Part shown: positions 12,264-27,236 of the stretch, piece after piece
Position numbering within the stretch: position 1 is the stretch's first letter
How the letters are laid out: every line of letters starts with the position of its first letter
DNA from: Octopus sinensis
Lineage: Eukaryota
Length of the DNA: 64,000 nt
Direction: 5' to 3'
Assembly: GCF_006345805.1 (NCBI RefSeq)
Contig: NC_043003.1
Span: forward strand, 55,738,001-55,802,000
Program-made: the position numbers and the translations under genes
The notes under the pieces: model-generated
Told to the model about the DNA's origin: nothing
Database searches by the model: none
What the model saw: the letters and a program-made list of their open reading frames with translations, nothing else

Positions 12264-12841
12264 TGCCGATTTCTTCTCTTTCTTTGGACTTTTCCCTCTC
12301 TCTTTTCCGACGAAAATGCTGCACTCGAAACGTTAATCTCTCTCCTTTCAGCAAGCGTCATGATATATTTCTTGTCCACGACCTCACGGTGTTTTTTTGC
12401 TGTTTTCTCGCTTTTTTATTTGAATCGACTGCATATATATATACATAGATACATTCATACCTACTTTTATCTATCTTAGTGTGTTGATAAGTAACTATTA
12501 AATATATAATACATGCACTGACACACAAGAACATATGCATTAAGTTTACAGCTAATGCAATCAATGTAGTAATTTCTTGAAATTTCCATCCACTTTGAAG
12601 AAAAACAAACAAAATCCTAGCCGAAGTTATTAGCTCATCAAAAAGAGAAGAGGAGATACAAGCAAACATGAATTATTATTCATGAAAAGATTACTATTTT
12701 TCAAATTAATATATGTGATCTAGAAATGGATATATTGATTTCCTTTGCAGGCACGTAAATATTATGGACGCCTGATTTATTGTATTTAGATTCATCAATG
12801 AGGTAGAGTATACGGAAACATGTATAGGGTTATATAATATA

Positions 12842-12890
<49 letters not shown>

Positions 12891-12920
12891 ATATATGCAA
12901 ATAGAGTTAAACGAAATACT

Positions 12921-13110
12921 CCTTTGTACAATAGGCAAAGGGCTTACAACTTTGGTGGTGTGGGGCTAGTCGATTGCATTGATCCAGTGCTTTACTGGTA
13001 GATATTTTTTCGAAGAAAGGCAAAGTCAACGTCGGCGGAATTAGAACTGAGAACGTAAAGGCCGAAGAAATGCCGCCTGGCATGCTAGCGATTCTGCCAG
13101 CTCATCGCTT
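12921..13110 (-). mobile_element. SINE copy
   Basis: Similar to 6952-7168 (GGCAAAGTCAACGTCGGCGGAATTAGAACT...GATTCTGCCAGCTC). Confidence 0.75.
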
Positions 13111-13146
13111 TAATTAAACAAAATATTGACCTTGATTAGTTTGCCA

Positions 13147-13240
<94 letters not shown>

Positions 13241-14242
13241 GTGTGCGAGTATGTGTGTGTGTGTGTGTGTGCGTGCGTGTTTCTGGTATAATGTGCTGTA
13301 TCGTAGATTGAAACAAGTTTTATAACTTATACAGAGAAGGCATTAACATTCTGAACCAAGTATGAGTTTCAGAATGTTAAAATGTATAAATAAATATTTA
13401 TATATTTATTATTTAATACATAAAATTATAATTAAACAGTCTAATATTTGCTAAGGATATTGTATATTATGCGATTAAATGAATAACAATATACGTCAAA
13501 GCCACCAGCCAAGCATCATACATGTTAAAATGCTGTAATTTAATATATTACGATAGTAGAGCACTCTGCATGTATTATGACTTCTCTTCCTAACAGTTAC
13601 CATGAGTGGGTTATACTGAAAACGAGTGTTTCATTATATCTTTCGTCTATGGATCAGTTATATATTCCCGTAAAAGGATATATTCTAAAAGTAAAGTACT
13701 AACGAACTTTAGTGCAATCGCTACTAATGTCACGATTAATAATTTCTTAGACAACTGGATTATTCCCAGGTGTAACTTACCGCAAATGTACCAACTATTA
13801 TTTGATTGAATTGTTGACATGAATCCATGAGAGTAAATATGTCTTGTGTTTCATGCACTGAGAATGATTAACTATATCTCTAGGATGAAGTAAGAACTTT
13901 CCACCTTGCAAGGACATTTAATTGATAAGGAAATAGTCGTTACTGACGTGCCCTAACATTAGAGTTCCATTTACGAAGAGTACATAGGCAGTTGGATTTC
14001 AGGTTTCAAGTGAGGGTTCACTGAATTTATGAACTTCATAAGTAGTCAGGCAAAAGTTGAAGTCAGTATTATCTATGCATATTGTGTGTGTATCTGTGTG
14101 TACTTGCTAGAGGAATCACACACACACACACACACACACACAGATATATATATATATATATATTATAATGGAATAATTACTATGAAGTATTATGTAGAAT
14201 ATATTGAATAAAAGATCGTGGGTATGGCCAAAACAATGCTAT

Positions 14243-14513
14243 GTAAATCACAAGAAAACAAATATGTGAATTAATGTAAACTTACCTTGTATTTAATATT
14301 TCTGGGTTATAACCCCATTTTCAAGAAATTGACGATTGTTGCCGATGTGCAGTGTGAATTCCTGGGCATGGCATTCCCATAGATGTTGCTTCACGGACGT
14401 GTCTACCACATCGGCAACATTCGTTAATATCTTGGAAATGTCGTCATAACCCTGAAATATTGAATACAAGGTAAGTCTACGTTAATTCACATATTTGCTT
14501 TCCTGTGATTTAC
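14243..14513. mobile_element. Fold-back/MITE-like element with about 107-bp inverted arms
   Basis: 14243-14349 is the reverse complement of 14408-14513 with about 13 mismatches (hand count); spacer about 58 bp; no clear target-site duplication. Confidence 0.75.
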
Positions 14514-14583
14514 CTTGCACATACATCGCATTGTTTCGGCCTTACCCACGAGCTTTTATACAACACACGCACACACACACACT

Positions 14584-14614
<31 letters not shown>

Positions 14615-14632
14615 GTATATGTATATGTATAT

Positions 14633-15430
14633 ACACTGGCCCGGGAAGAATTGTAATCCCTGAGTCAAAATCAGTGCGTGACCTGGGCATTGACATGAGC
14701 AATGATGCATCTTTCCAAGTACATATTACTAATTTGGTGATAAAATGCAGACGGCTAGCTGGATGGATGCTACGAACTTTCAGAACAAGAGAGAAGGAGA
14801 CACTGATGGTACTGTGGAAAAATTTCGTCCTCAGCCGCTTGGACTACTGCTCCCAACTATGATCACGACACAATATAAAGCTAACAGCAGAACTCGAAAC
14901 AATTCAAAGAAGCTACACCAAGAAGATCGACTCCATGCAACATATCAACTAGTGGCAAAAACTGAAAGTATTAAAACTCTTCTCCTTAGAGCGAAGGCGG
15001 GAGAGATATGCGGTGATATACATCTGGAAAATCCTGGAGGGTCTTATCCCAAACTTTGGCATTCAAAGTTACCCTAACCACAGAACGGGGCGCCACTGCA
15101 TGGTGCAAAAGATACCAACATCACCATCAAAATACAGGACCAGATACTGCAACAGCTTGGGTTTCAGAGGACCACAGCTCTTCAACATCCTCCCTAAATG
15201 CCTGAGAGACTTGCATGGTGTGGATGTGGGTTTCTTTAAAACCCAAACTGGATCTCTTCTTGTCGGGGGTCCCAGATGAACCCACCTCACGTCAGGGGAC
15301 ACAGATGCGGGCAGCGGCATCGAAGTCCCTTGTTGACCAAGTACCACGTATCAGAGGTAGATTCACATATTAGTGTAGCTCATTCAGCGGTGGTGCCCCA
15401 GCTTGTCCGCAACGTTCGGGCTGAAACATT
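14633..15430 (+). pseudogene. 3' fragment of a CR1/L2-group LINE (RT C-terminus + 3' UTR), frameshifted
   Basis: VRDLGIDMSND.SF..HI...; LRTF..R; SRLDYCSQLW; LKLFSLERRRERY..IYIWKI; RGPQLFNILP..LR; LDLFLSGVPDEP. Confidence 0.9.
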
Positions 15431-15451
15431 TTTATGGATTTAAGGATATTA

Positions 15452-15526
<75 letters not shown>

Positions 15527-15814
15527 ATTTATGCATAAAGATATATGTGGTTTACAGCATATTTATATTTTCTTAAGAAAATAGGTATATGTGAAGGAAT
15601 AAAACTTATGCGCTATCGCCTTATGGCGATGGAAAGCTGAATAGGTATGTACGAATGTATGTATGTACGTATGTATGTATGTGTGCATGTATGGATATTT
15701 CTTTCAAAACAAAATCCAATAAAGAAACGATGAAAAAATTGAAGGGACGTAGATATATTGCAGACAGGGCAACACCGGTAAAATACAATAAAAACAACAA
15801 GCAAAATAATTATG

Positions 15815-16140
15815 CTGCTATTAATAATAATCTCAGTGATGATGAGGATGATAACAGCAACTACAACAACTACAACTACTCCTTCTACAATAATAATAAT
15901 AAGAAGCAGAAGAAGAAGAGCAAAAATATAAATTTTGTTGGTGGTGTTGGCCGTAGTGTGATGGTAGTGGTACTTCTGCCGCTGCTGCTGCTGGTAATAA
16001 CAGCAACAACAATAATAATAATAATAATAACAATGATGATGATGATGATAACAATAATGATGATGATGATAATAATAATAATAAGAATAATATTAATAAT
16101 AATAATAATAGTAATAATAATAATGATGATGATGATGATA
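15815..16140. repeat. Compound trinucleotide microsatellite (AAT/GAT/AAC/AAG/GGT)
   Basis: Directly visible; explains the poly-N/I/M ORF at 15655-16188. Confidence 0.9.
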
Positions 16141-16627
16141 ACTAGTGCAATTTTTAAGATCCGGATTGTGGGGTCGATGCGGGTGTAGGTTTCGGTTCCG
16201 TCGGTGATGGTGTCGGTGATTTAATAACCGACGATTTTTAGTAACAGTCTTGCGTGTTATAATGCAATAGAAAAGTTGATGACATAAGGATCAAGGCAGT
16301 TTGTTTAGCTTTCTCGCCTATATAGAATAATGTAATGATACTCAGGCTCCGAACTTCTGCGACATTTACCGATGTTGCGTGACGAAGGCGGGAAATGAAA
16401 ATGACAAAGACGCCATTTTACGTTAAAGTACGAGGAAAATTATATAAAACGATCGGAGTGATAAAATTATGAAAGAATTATATAAACTTATATATACATG
16501 ATAAATGGTATATCCATGTGTTTGCTTGTGAGCTAATACATATACACACGCACACACACACACACTTACACACACACACGCACATATATACATATATAAA
16601 TATATAAACACATACATGCACACACAC

Positions 16628-16673
<46 letters not shown>

Positions 16674-17039
16674 CACATATATATTCACATATATATACAC
16701 ATTCACACAAACACACACACGCATTCACACACACAAAGAAACGAACACAGATATATATTTAATGAAAAAACAGATAACTGCCTGCCAATACAATAATAAC
16801 AGTAATAAGCATAATAGCTGTAAAATAGGAAAAGAAATAAAAAAAGGGAAATAAAAGAAACAAAAAGTAAACCACAGATAACCTTATCAAAAAAAAAACA
16901 ACAACAAGAAAGGCTAAGGATACGACGACAGCATTAAAAATAAGAGAAAAAAGAACCCAACATTTTTATACAAGATATACCAACGGAATTTGCTTCTGCA
17001 CTGCAGATGTCTACAGTTTAAATGTGTGTAAATACATTA

Positions 17040-17640
<601 letters not shown>

Positions 17641-17643
17641 TAC

Positions 17644-17674
<31 letters not shown>

Positions 17675-18771
17675 TGCGTGTGTTCGAAATCAATATATTT
17701 CTCTGTATTACAGGGTTACAGTGGGTGGAGGAAATGTATGTTTCGTGTTTGGTTTTACATCTGTGAATATATCTAGTTGTGAATAATTCCATGTGTTGGT
17801 ATGCATATCTTTGAACTGATACGCCCGCTTACACATGCAGTTCATATGTAGCTTGAAACTGAACATTATCAACATCCAACCGGGTTTCCTAATGAGAATT
17901 TAAATGTATTTATGTTTCTCACTTCTCATGTTTATTATACAGACTTACACAAGAACACACTTTATTAAACCATACATACATTCATGCATACAAATATAAA
18001 TGCATACACATACATATTGTATATAATATATATATATATATATAATATATATATATATATTATATACACACAGAGAGATAGACGGAGACACACACACAAT
18101 ATATATATAGATATACGTATAAAAATGTATGCGTATACATGCATAGATATATACATATGTGAACGTATTTGCGTATGCCTGTATGCATATACGTGTGTGC
18201 ATATGTGTACGTGCACGTGTGTGTGTCTGTGTGTACGTATACATATATATATATATATTAAATGTGCGTTTGCGTGGTGCGAGTGTGTATATGTATATAT
18301 ATATATGTACAAACTCATGTAGTTGGCTGGGTTTTGTGTATGGGAACGATATTGAATTGCATTTGAAGGTAGAAAAGTAACTAAATCAAAACTACTATCC
18401 TTCAGACGATAATTCAACACTCTATCCCCGGGCCGAAACTACGTTTAATTCGTCGCTATTTTTCCTGATTTTTTTTTTTATCCGCAAATTCGTCGCACAT
18501 ATGCTTATCTACTCATTATGCTCCACACAGCCATGTTACCTGCTCCATAGATAATTCGCACGAGGAAATTGATCGACAGGCTGTATAGTACTCCAACATT
18601 AATATTTTGCCTATAAAGATATGGAAGCAATCATTGCTTCTCACGATAAATAACTAAGAAGCTAAAATTTTACAGAATATTTCATCGAAGTTAAAGGTGT
18701 AATATAAACTAAATTTGTAGCGTGAACGAAATTTACAACATTCGAAATACTAATTTGAAATAATAATAATG

Positions 18772-18812
<41 letters not shown>

Positions 18813-19345
18813 CATATGATAGTAAAAATGTAAGTACATATATGATAATCATCATAGCGTGGCCAGGTGATAAAAAGAATAAGCAAAATTAACTGTGTTT
18901 TCATATAATTGTAATAATAATAAGAAGAAGAAGAAAAAGAAGAAGAAGAAGACCGAAGTGAACAGCATACTGCATGGACATGTGACAGCAAGATGCCAGG
19001 TCGAATCTGAAAGCATCACGAAGCCGGATTTAAGAATTCGCAAAAACAATGGAAGAAAACAATGTTCTTACGTAAATTATCTTGGGAATCTGAAAGATTT
19101 TCCTGATATGGATTCTAAACATGTAAAAGATAACTTCCCTCAGATGCACCGCCACAGCAACATGTGCGTAAAAATGTAGACACGTGGACTGTAATATTTC
19201 TGTACGAAAACTGCAAACTTTTAGTAAAATTTCAAATTATAAATTTTAATTACATATTAAACAAGACCTCTCTCTCTCTCCTCTCTCTGTATATTATATA
19301 TATATAGATATTATATATAATATATATATAGATATATATATTATA

Positions 19346-19384
<39 letters not shown>

Positions 19385-19444
19385 AATATATATATATATA
19401 TATTATATATATATATTATATATATATATATAATTATATATATA

Positions 19445-19526
<82 letters not shown>

Positions 19527-19599
19527 GCAAATTGCTGTTTCTTCTCTCGGTCTCTGCTTGTATATTAATAATAATTATAAATGCAAAAAATATCAACAC

Positions 19600-21000
19600 A
19601 TGTTCATGGGCGGTGTTCCGTCGAAAGTTAAAAGCGGTAAAGACAGATCCAAAACAAAAAAGAAAATACGATGGACAGATAACCATGTGTACTATGAAAT
19701 GGTTGATTTATGACTTACGCACACTACTATGCAACATAGAGGAATAAACTCACTCCATAAATACCAAACAAAATGACAATGTCCACAGCATGTGCCATAT
19801 AACAGCTTAAGTGATGTAAATGAGGAAGTTCAGAAGATTTGAGATGAGTTGCAGGAAGTTACGAGTAAAGAAGTACGAAAAAGTTTGCCAGAATTAAAAG
19901 GCACCAAAAGAAGGAAGCTGCTCATAGATTCTGTTATCAGTAGTATAGATACTAAAAATGTAGGACACGCCCACTTATTGATCTATGCAGGAAGGTATTA
20001 GTTAATAGAAGATTAGATATTCCACAGGTAATGATTAAATAAGAGCGAATGTGGAAAAGATTCCAAAATAAATTGAAAACTGTAAGACATGATCTGAGTA
20101 GAATAGATGGCTGGAAACTGAACAAGTTAGTAAACACATGATGCAAATCTTCTCTTGAGGAAAGATACTTAGTCAAAGAGAAAGGATTTGGGACAGTCAT
20201 ATAAGAGAGTTGAAACAACGTATCATAGCAGTAGCAAGTAAGTTCTCCCGATATCGGGAAAGTGTAGATCAGCATCATCAGAATTGATTATTTGAGACAG
20301 ACCAGACATTTTATAACCAAAGTGGAGAACGAAGTAATGAAGTTGCGAAACCTACTGTAGTGGAAGGTAGAATGTTCTGGATTAATATTTGAAATAAGCC
20401 AGACAAGCATAATGGAGATGCAGTATCGTTAAAGAAAATCTGAGAAGTAGTGAGTGAAAAGCAACCAGATTTAAGATTAACTAGTGTATTAATGAGTAAA
20501 GGGTTAGGAAATATTACCAATTGGAAGGGCTCACGACCAAGGGTACTGGCTAAAGAAATGTACTGGTTTACGTGGGAGGCCGGGAGAACAACTTCATGAT
20601 TGCCTTAATGGAGGAATAATACCAGATTGGATGACTAGGAGGAGGACAATACGCTTATGAATGTAACCCATTAGGAGTTACAGAGAAAGCTAGGATTCGA
20701 ACATACTGATAAATGGTACAAACACGAAACTAGTAAAGTACTAGAATTATGAGATATTAAATGTTGTGGGACTTAAACATTCAGACTGACAGAGAAATAG
20801 AAGCTAGAATACCTGAGTTAGCAGTAGTAGATAAAGAGAAGAGAAAGTACCAGATTATTAATATTACTGTCCCAAATGATGACAATATGAGAGGTATAGA
20901 AAAAACAGCAAAATACCAAGATCTAGTCATTGAATTACAGAGGCCGTGGAAAGTGCGGGTAAAATGTATACCAGTAGTTGTAGGTGCCTTGAGAATTATA
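19600..21000 (+). pseudogene. Decayed R4/Dong-like LINE: N-terminal region joined to the RLE, RT core deleted
   Basis: Fragments KIRWTDN, LLIYAG, WKR.QNKLKTVRHDLSRI, ELKQRIIAVASKFSRY..QHHQN*LFETDQ, FWINI*..HNGDA, NWK..GYWLK, CLNGGIIPDWMT, then directly TDKWYKHE..LWDLNIQTDREIEARIP..TAKYQDLVIELQR.W..IPVVVGAL. Confidence 0.85.
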
Positions 21001-21904
21001 TTCACACCGGTTAGTTTTACATCTCTGTGTAAAGAACTGCCATTTCTTTTGTCTTTTACCGTTTACTTGTGTCCGTCACTGGACTGCAGCCATACTAGGG
21101 TAACCCCTTAAATGGTGTAGTCTAACAAATCGACTAATTCTATCTCTCTCTTACGCCGCACCTTTACGTTACAGGAATGCAAACAAACCAACGTTATTGG
21201 TCAATCGGTGATGCGGAACAAACACAACCCCCCCCCACACACACACACACACCGGGCTGGTATGCAGTTTCTGTTTATCAATTTCAGTCATAACAATGGT
21301 CGAACCTGATTATAGTAAGAGACCCATGCATAAGATGCCGCGCAATAAGACTAAACCCGAAACTGCTTAGAAAAAAGAGCTCCTTGATTACATACCTATA
21401 TCTGCGCCTGAATATATAATATATCTGAAAAGGAACAGGGGTGACTGCTTCGTTCATCTTAGGTCCACAGAATCAGGGCCAACAGCTGCAACAGCTACAA
21501 TAACAACAACTTCGAGAAACGTTGAGTACTTAGCACGAGGGGATAAATAGTGAGATGAATAATGTTTCGCCGAAAGCCAATAGATATATAGGAAAGATTG
21601 ACCACAATAAGAATATATTCACATTGATAAACATTAAAAGTATCCCAATGTATGAAAACAAAAAAAACATCACGGAAATACCACCTACATACACACAACT
21701 ATTGCAATAAATTATTTCGAAATGAACAAACACGAAAAACAGTTCATTAAATAACCTAATTTAAACAGAATCCATGAAAGAATCAAAAGAAATCTGGTTC
21801 GACACTAACGCAATAAATTGCCAACCAGATCAAACCTGCATAAAGAAAGAAAAATCAAAATCCACAGCCAATATTTGATACAATGTACACCACAAAATCC
21901 TGTG

Positions 21905-21960
<56 letters not shown>

Positions 21961-22147
21961 TATATATATACATATACATACACATTTATATATAGATATT
22001 ACATACACATATTCATATATACACACACAGATATATGTATATATATTGATATTATGATATATCATCAATATACATATATATATATATATGTATACGTAAT
22101 ATGTATGTTTATGTATTATATATGTTATATATATATATATATATTAT

Positions 22148-22186
<39 letters not shown>

Positions 22187-22581
22187 ACATATATATATAT
22201 CCCAGAATTTACAAGTAAACTATGTAAAAGAAGGGAGTAAAGAATTTTTTTAGGAAATACGATATTAAGAAAAAGAGAAAACGCTTTAAAACGTGAGAAT
22301 ATCTTCCATCAGAATCACGTATTTGAAAGAAAATAGTGAAAAATTCAATAGTGACTTCAGTGCAAAGAAACATCGTAAAGGAAATACACCAACTCCATAC
22401 AAAAATCCAATTATACAAGGAGAGTATATCGAATGAAAATATATGACACTGTAAAAGATGCTCAATAGAAAAGAAACAAGTGAACAGAATACATATGTGT
22501 GTATGCACATACATATGCAAACATGTATGTATGTATCTATCTATCCTTCTGTGTTTGTATGTATCCATATATGTATACATT

Positions 22582-22624
<43 letters not shown>

Positions 22625-23469
22625 CAGAGAAGGAAAGGGAGAGAGTGAGTGAGAGTAATTGAGAGAGAGCGCGCGAGACAGAGAGAGAGAAGATACGTGA
22701 TTCTGCATATGAAGTAGAGTATTTAGCAATACATCAAGTCCAAAGTCAAATAGCATCTGTCAGGATATCGGGATAGCAGAATTGATAATGGCTTGTCCTA
22801 AAATTCTAAATACTTTATAGGTATTACATCTCAATATTTTGCACCTTACTCGCTAGAAGTAACAACCACATATACTTCAATTAACTCACAGCTTTGCTAA
22901 AACAACGAATGATATATTCAAGGAGGTAATCAAGGAAAGGCACGTGGTTTATTGGTTAAGGTATATGCCTCACGATCGACGTCCACTCAGTCTACTCAGC
23001 AAGTAAGTACGATTTGCACATGTAATTGGATGGCTCGGCCTTCCCCCATTCGGTGTGGTACGCTGAATATCCCTGAGAAGTATGTTAAGAGTAGGTTTAT
23101 TTCACAAGCAGGCTAATCGGTCCATCGTATGAACCGGAACCTTCGTTTGGTAACTAACGGAAACCAGCCTAAGATATCTGAGAAAAATTAAAATGTTAAA
23201 ACAAAATGGGATGACAATGCCTAGAATGTATTCGACCATTAGTCACTGTCATGATGAATGCTTTGAGGTTAATCTACAAGATGAACACATGGATATATTT
23301 TTCAATGCTTTACTGTTAATAACATGCAAATTAGGCATTCGTAGGTGTGCAAAGCGTTCGTTCAATTAACATAGAAGAAAGTACAAAGGGGAGCAGAGAA
23401 GTCCCTTGCTTTAAGGGCACAGTGAAAGGCCTGACAGAAGACCCAAACTTCCGAGTACTTTTGCTGGGC

Positions 23470-23605
23470 CCAGAAAAAAAAATGAAGGACTGCAGCAATA
23501 AGTGTGTGAATCTGAGAGGGAAATATGTTGAATAAAATCGTAATCAAATGATTCTCCCGTATTTTCTTTCAACCAATGCCATGAATCAATGAGCAACACC
23601 TCGTC
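23470..23605 (+). mobile_element. Mariner 3'-end remnant (a second remnant lies at about 23800-23880)
   Basis: ..NKCVNLRGKYVE* transposase C-terminus followed by a TIR-like ..AGCAACACCTCGT. Confidence 0.55.
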
Positions 23606-24084
23606 TACGTGTGCATATATATATATATATGTATGTATATATGTTTGTAGGTATGTATGTATGTATGTGTGTGTGTATGTGTGTGTATGTATGTGTGCAT
23701 GTGAGTATAAAGGGCAAAAGCTCCTTTAATCATCAATCATCATGGTATAGCACCTAGAAAGTTTTGCCCCTCCTCGGGGCAACAGTTGGTGCAAGTTTAT
23801 TTATGGAAGAACCGCTGCAATAAGTGTCAATCTGAGAGGGGAATATATTATATAAAATCATAATTAACTGATCTCCTGTATGGTCGCAGACAAAAGACTG
23901 AAACAAGTTAAAGAATAAAAGAAGATTACCTACATGTTCTCCTTACCCTAAATTTTGCCATTATATGTATGTGTGTGTGTGTGTGCTATTGCGTTTGCGT
24001 GTTTGTATATAAATATGTGTGTGTGAATGTGTGTACATATGTTTGTGAAAGTGTGTCTACGCGTGTATGTGTGCGTGCACCTGC

Positions 24085-24120
<36 letters not shown>

Positions 24121-24534
24121 ATGTGTTCACGTGTTTGTATATAAACATGCGTGTGTGAATGTGTGTATATAAGTGGGTGAATGTGCGTTTACGCGTGTGT
24201 GTATGTTTGTATGTGTATGCCTGTGTCTTTGTCTGTGTGTGTGCGTTTCTGTTCGTGTGTTTGTATATAAATATGCGTGTGTGAATATGTGTATATATGT
24301 GTGTGTGAAAGTGTGTCTTCGCGTGTATATAAGTATGCGTGTGTGAATGTGTACATGTATGTGTTTTTCTACTGCGTAGGTAAAACTCACCATATTTGAG
24401 TATACATTAATACTTATATAGTAAAACTATTACGTGAAAAATATTTACCTCCTACGTTAAAAGGTAAATTTTTCTTCATTTATATATACATATACCTACA
24501 CACATATGTGTGTGTGTGTATGTATGTAAGTATA

Positions 24535-24572
<38 letters not shown>

Positions 24573-25301
24573 TATAGATAGATAGATAAATAGATAGATA
24601 GATAGATAGATGATAGATAGATACATAGATATGCAGATAGATAGATATAGATATATACACACACATACACTTATATATACACATCCACATATACATACAT
24701 GCGTATATACACATGCTAAATGCTGTGCTAGAAAGTTCATATATGTCGTGGGTGCATGCATTTCATCTTTGTGTAAGTGTGCGCATGAACGTGTGCACAC
24801 AAACACACACGCACACACACTGATATTCATACGCATAGAGATATATCTTCGTATATGTATACACGCTCAGAATGTCATTCATCCTTTCGAAACATGTACC
24901 AAACAATTTCGTGTATAGCACTGTAGAATATTTTTTAGCTGTCGTGTTGTCAGTCTCTCTCCGTATTTTGTATATAAAGTGTTTTTCCATTCACTCTCCT
25001 CTTACATGCGTACGCATTGCTGTACGTGGGTGCGCCAGTATTTAATGGTATGACAAGGAAAGGAGAATTATGCAAACAAACATAGATTTGATTATGTAAT
25101 TGCTGTTCCCTTATCATTCCATTAATTTCATATTATACTCTGTTATAACTTAACACTATATTTTAAAGCGTTTGTAATTTGCGCTCCAACAACAGGCTTT
25201 TTTACTATCACCGTGGCTAGTCAAATCATACGTACAATAATAGATAATAAAAAGACGGACAGATAGATAGATATATAGATTGGTAGATAGATAAATAGGC
25301 T

Positions 25302-25372
<71 letters not shown>

Positions 25373-25962
25373 TAATACTGATTCATTTATATATATAAAA
25401 TGGTTCTTTCAGCCATCCCCTTTAGATAATTATCAATGAAGGTACACCCGGGTGAACTGCGAAACCAGAAATTGGGGCAAAAGGGTATCTCCTACAGCAA
25501 TGTCTGTGTCTTTTCGGAAGTAGGGTGACGCGGCGAATCCTGCGGGTACACATACGGCTTTCCAGCTTTAGTCCTCTTTCTGTTGACAGGCCGCTAATAC
25601 CGCTAAAATTACTAATATTTTAAACAATTACAGTATGAAAATTAGTAAGGCCAATTTCATATAGCCAGTGGAATTGTTGAGTATATAAAAGGATTCATTG
25701 CCTGTTTCTCTTGGATTGCTGAATCTTATGTAGACAGCACTGATAAGATTTCAATAATGCCCGAGAAAATGATTCCTCACTTTATTTCCATACATCTTGA
25801 TATAGGTAAATTAGATACACACACAGACACTAATTTATGTCATGAGTAGAGATGAATGGATTGTCAGAGTAAGAGAATATCTATAACATCTTGCAAGCAA
25901 ATAAGCAGTTACAACACACCGAGTGCTATTTATTGGTACCTACACACACACAAACACACGCA

Positions 25963-26005
<43 letters not shown>

Positions 26006-26027
26006 ACATATATATATATATATATAC

Positions 26028-26078
<51 letters not shown>

Positions 26079-26318
26079 GAACAATTGCATCGTTGAAGAT
26101 GTTTGTAAGCGATCTGTTCATCTATCCAGTACTAAGTTTTCTCAGTGAACAGGTCGCTGTCTCAAAGCGACGAAAGTCTTTTGACACTAATTAAAGTTAA
26201 ACTAAAGGTTTTTTTGTATGTGTTCTTAAATGTCTTACAAGCAACGTCCACGCTGCAATTGCTTTTCCTTCACCGCACGAACTCAGATCAAGTCACTCAC
26301 TATGCAAGTACGTCTCCG

Positions 26319-26378
<60 letters not shown>

Positions 26379-26542
26379 ACCTGCGTGAGCTGGGAGTATT
26401 ACTTTCTGGGAAATATCTTATGGTAGTGGAATAGTATTTAACTGCTATTTCTAAATTTCGGTATGTGGTGAAGCATTTTTCGTTGAACCCTAACTATAAT
26501 TATGCTTATTATCATAGAATTTTCGTATATATATATATATAT

Positions 26543-27236
26543 ATTAATCAATATAAGGGTAGCAAAAATTCAAGAACATTTTATCACCACAAGCGGTCTA
26601 GTGAGAAAGAAAAAATAGTCACAGACTATATATATATAATTTCAACAATATTAAGGAATGGCCCTGATAGGCCATTCGACTCACTAAAAAGAGCAGCCAA
26701 ACTCAAACCGCTAAATAGTTGTAATTCTGAAACCAAAGGAGAAATAAAAACATTTACCCGTATCATCTTTTTAGTGAGTCGAATGGCCTATCAGGGCCAT
26801 TCCTTAATATTGTTGAAATTATATATATATAGTCTGTGACTACTTTTTCTTTCTCACTAGACCACTGGTAGCGATAAATTTTTCTTGAATTTTTTGCTAC
26901 CCTTATATGGATTAATTAATAATTTTTAGGCTAATTTTGAAATTATATCAGCAGTTTATATTTGCTGCTGAGAAGATAGCGCGGTGACGGTGGATTTTGA
27001 AAATTTAGAGTATATAGACTCGAGGCGTCGCTGGTGTCGCCTCGTGGATATATATTTTCCTTGGCTTCTTTGCTGACGAGACAGGCCAGATGTAAACAAA
27101 TTTAATTTAATTTAATTTAATTGGTTTACCAAAGTGTCGAAACTATGCATAGTCCAAAGATGATAAGGGTAAATGTCTTTATTTCTCCTTTGGTTTCAGA
27201 ATTACAACTATTTAGCGGTTTGAGTTTGGCTGCTCT

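Noticed and set aside
12790-12835. CAATGAG-GTA..TAC-GGAAACATGTA hammerhead-like relic
   Set aside because: The core is too degenerate and there is no stem I; indistinguishable from chance.
14286-14452. Apparent minus-strand exon (ttcag/GGT...AAG/gtaagt)
   Set aside because: It has a stop before the donor, and the signals are parts of the inverted arms of the fold-back element.
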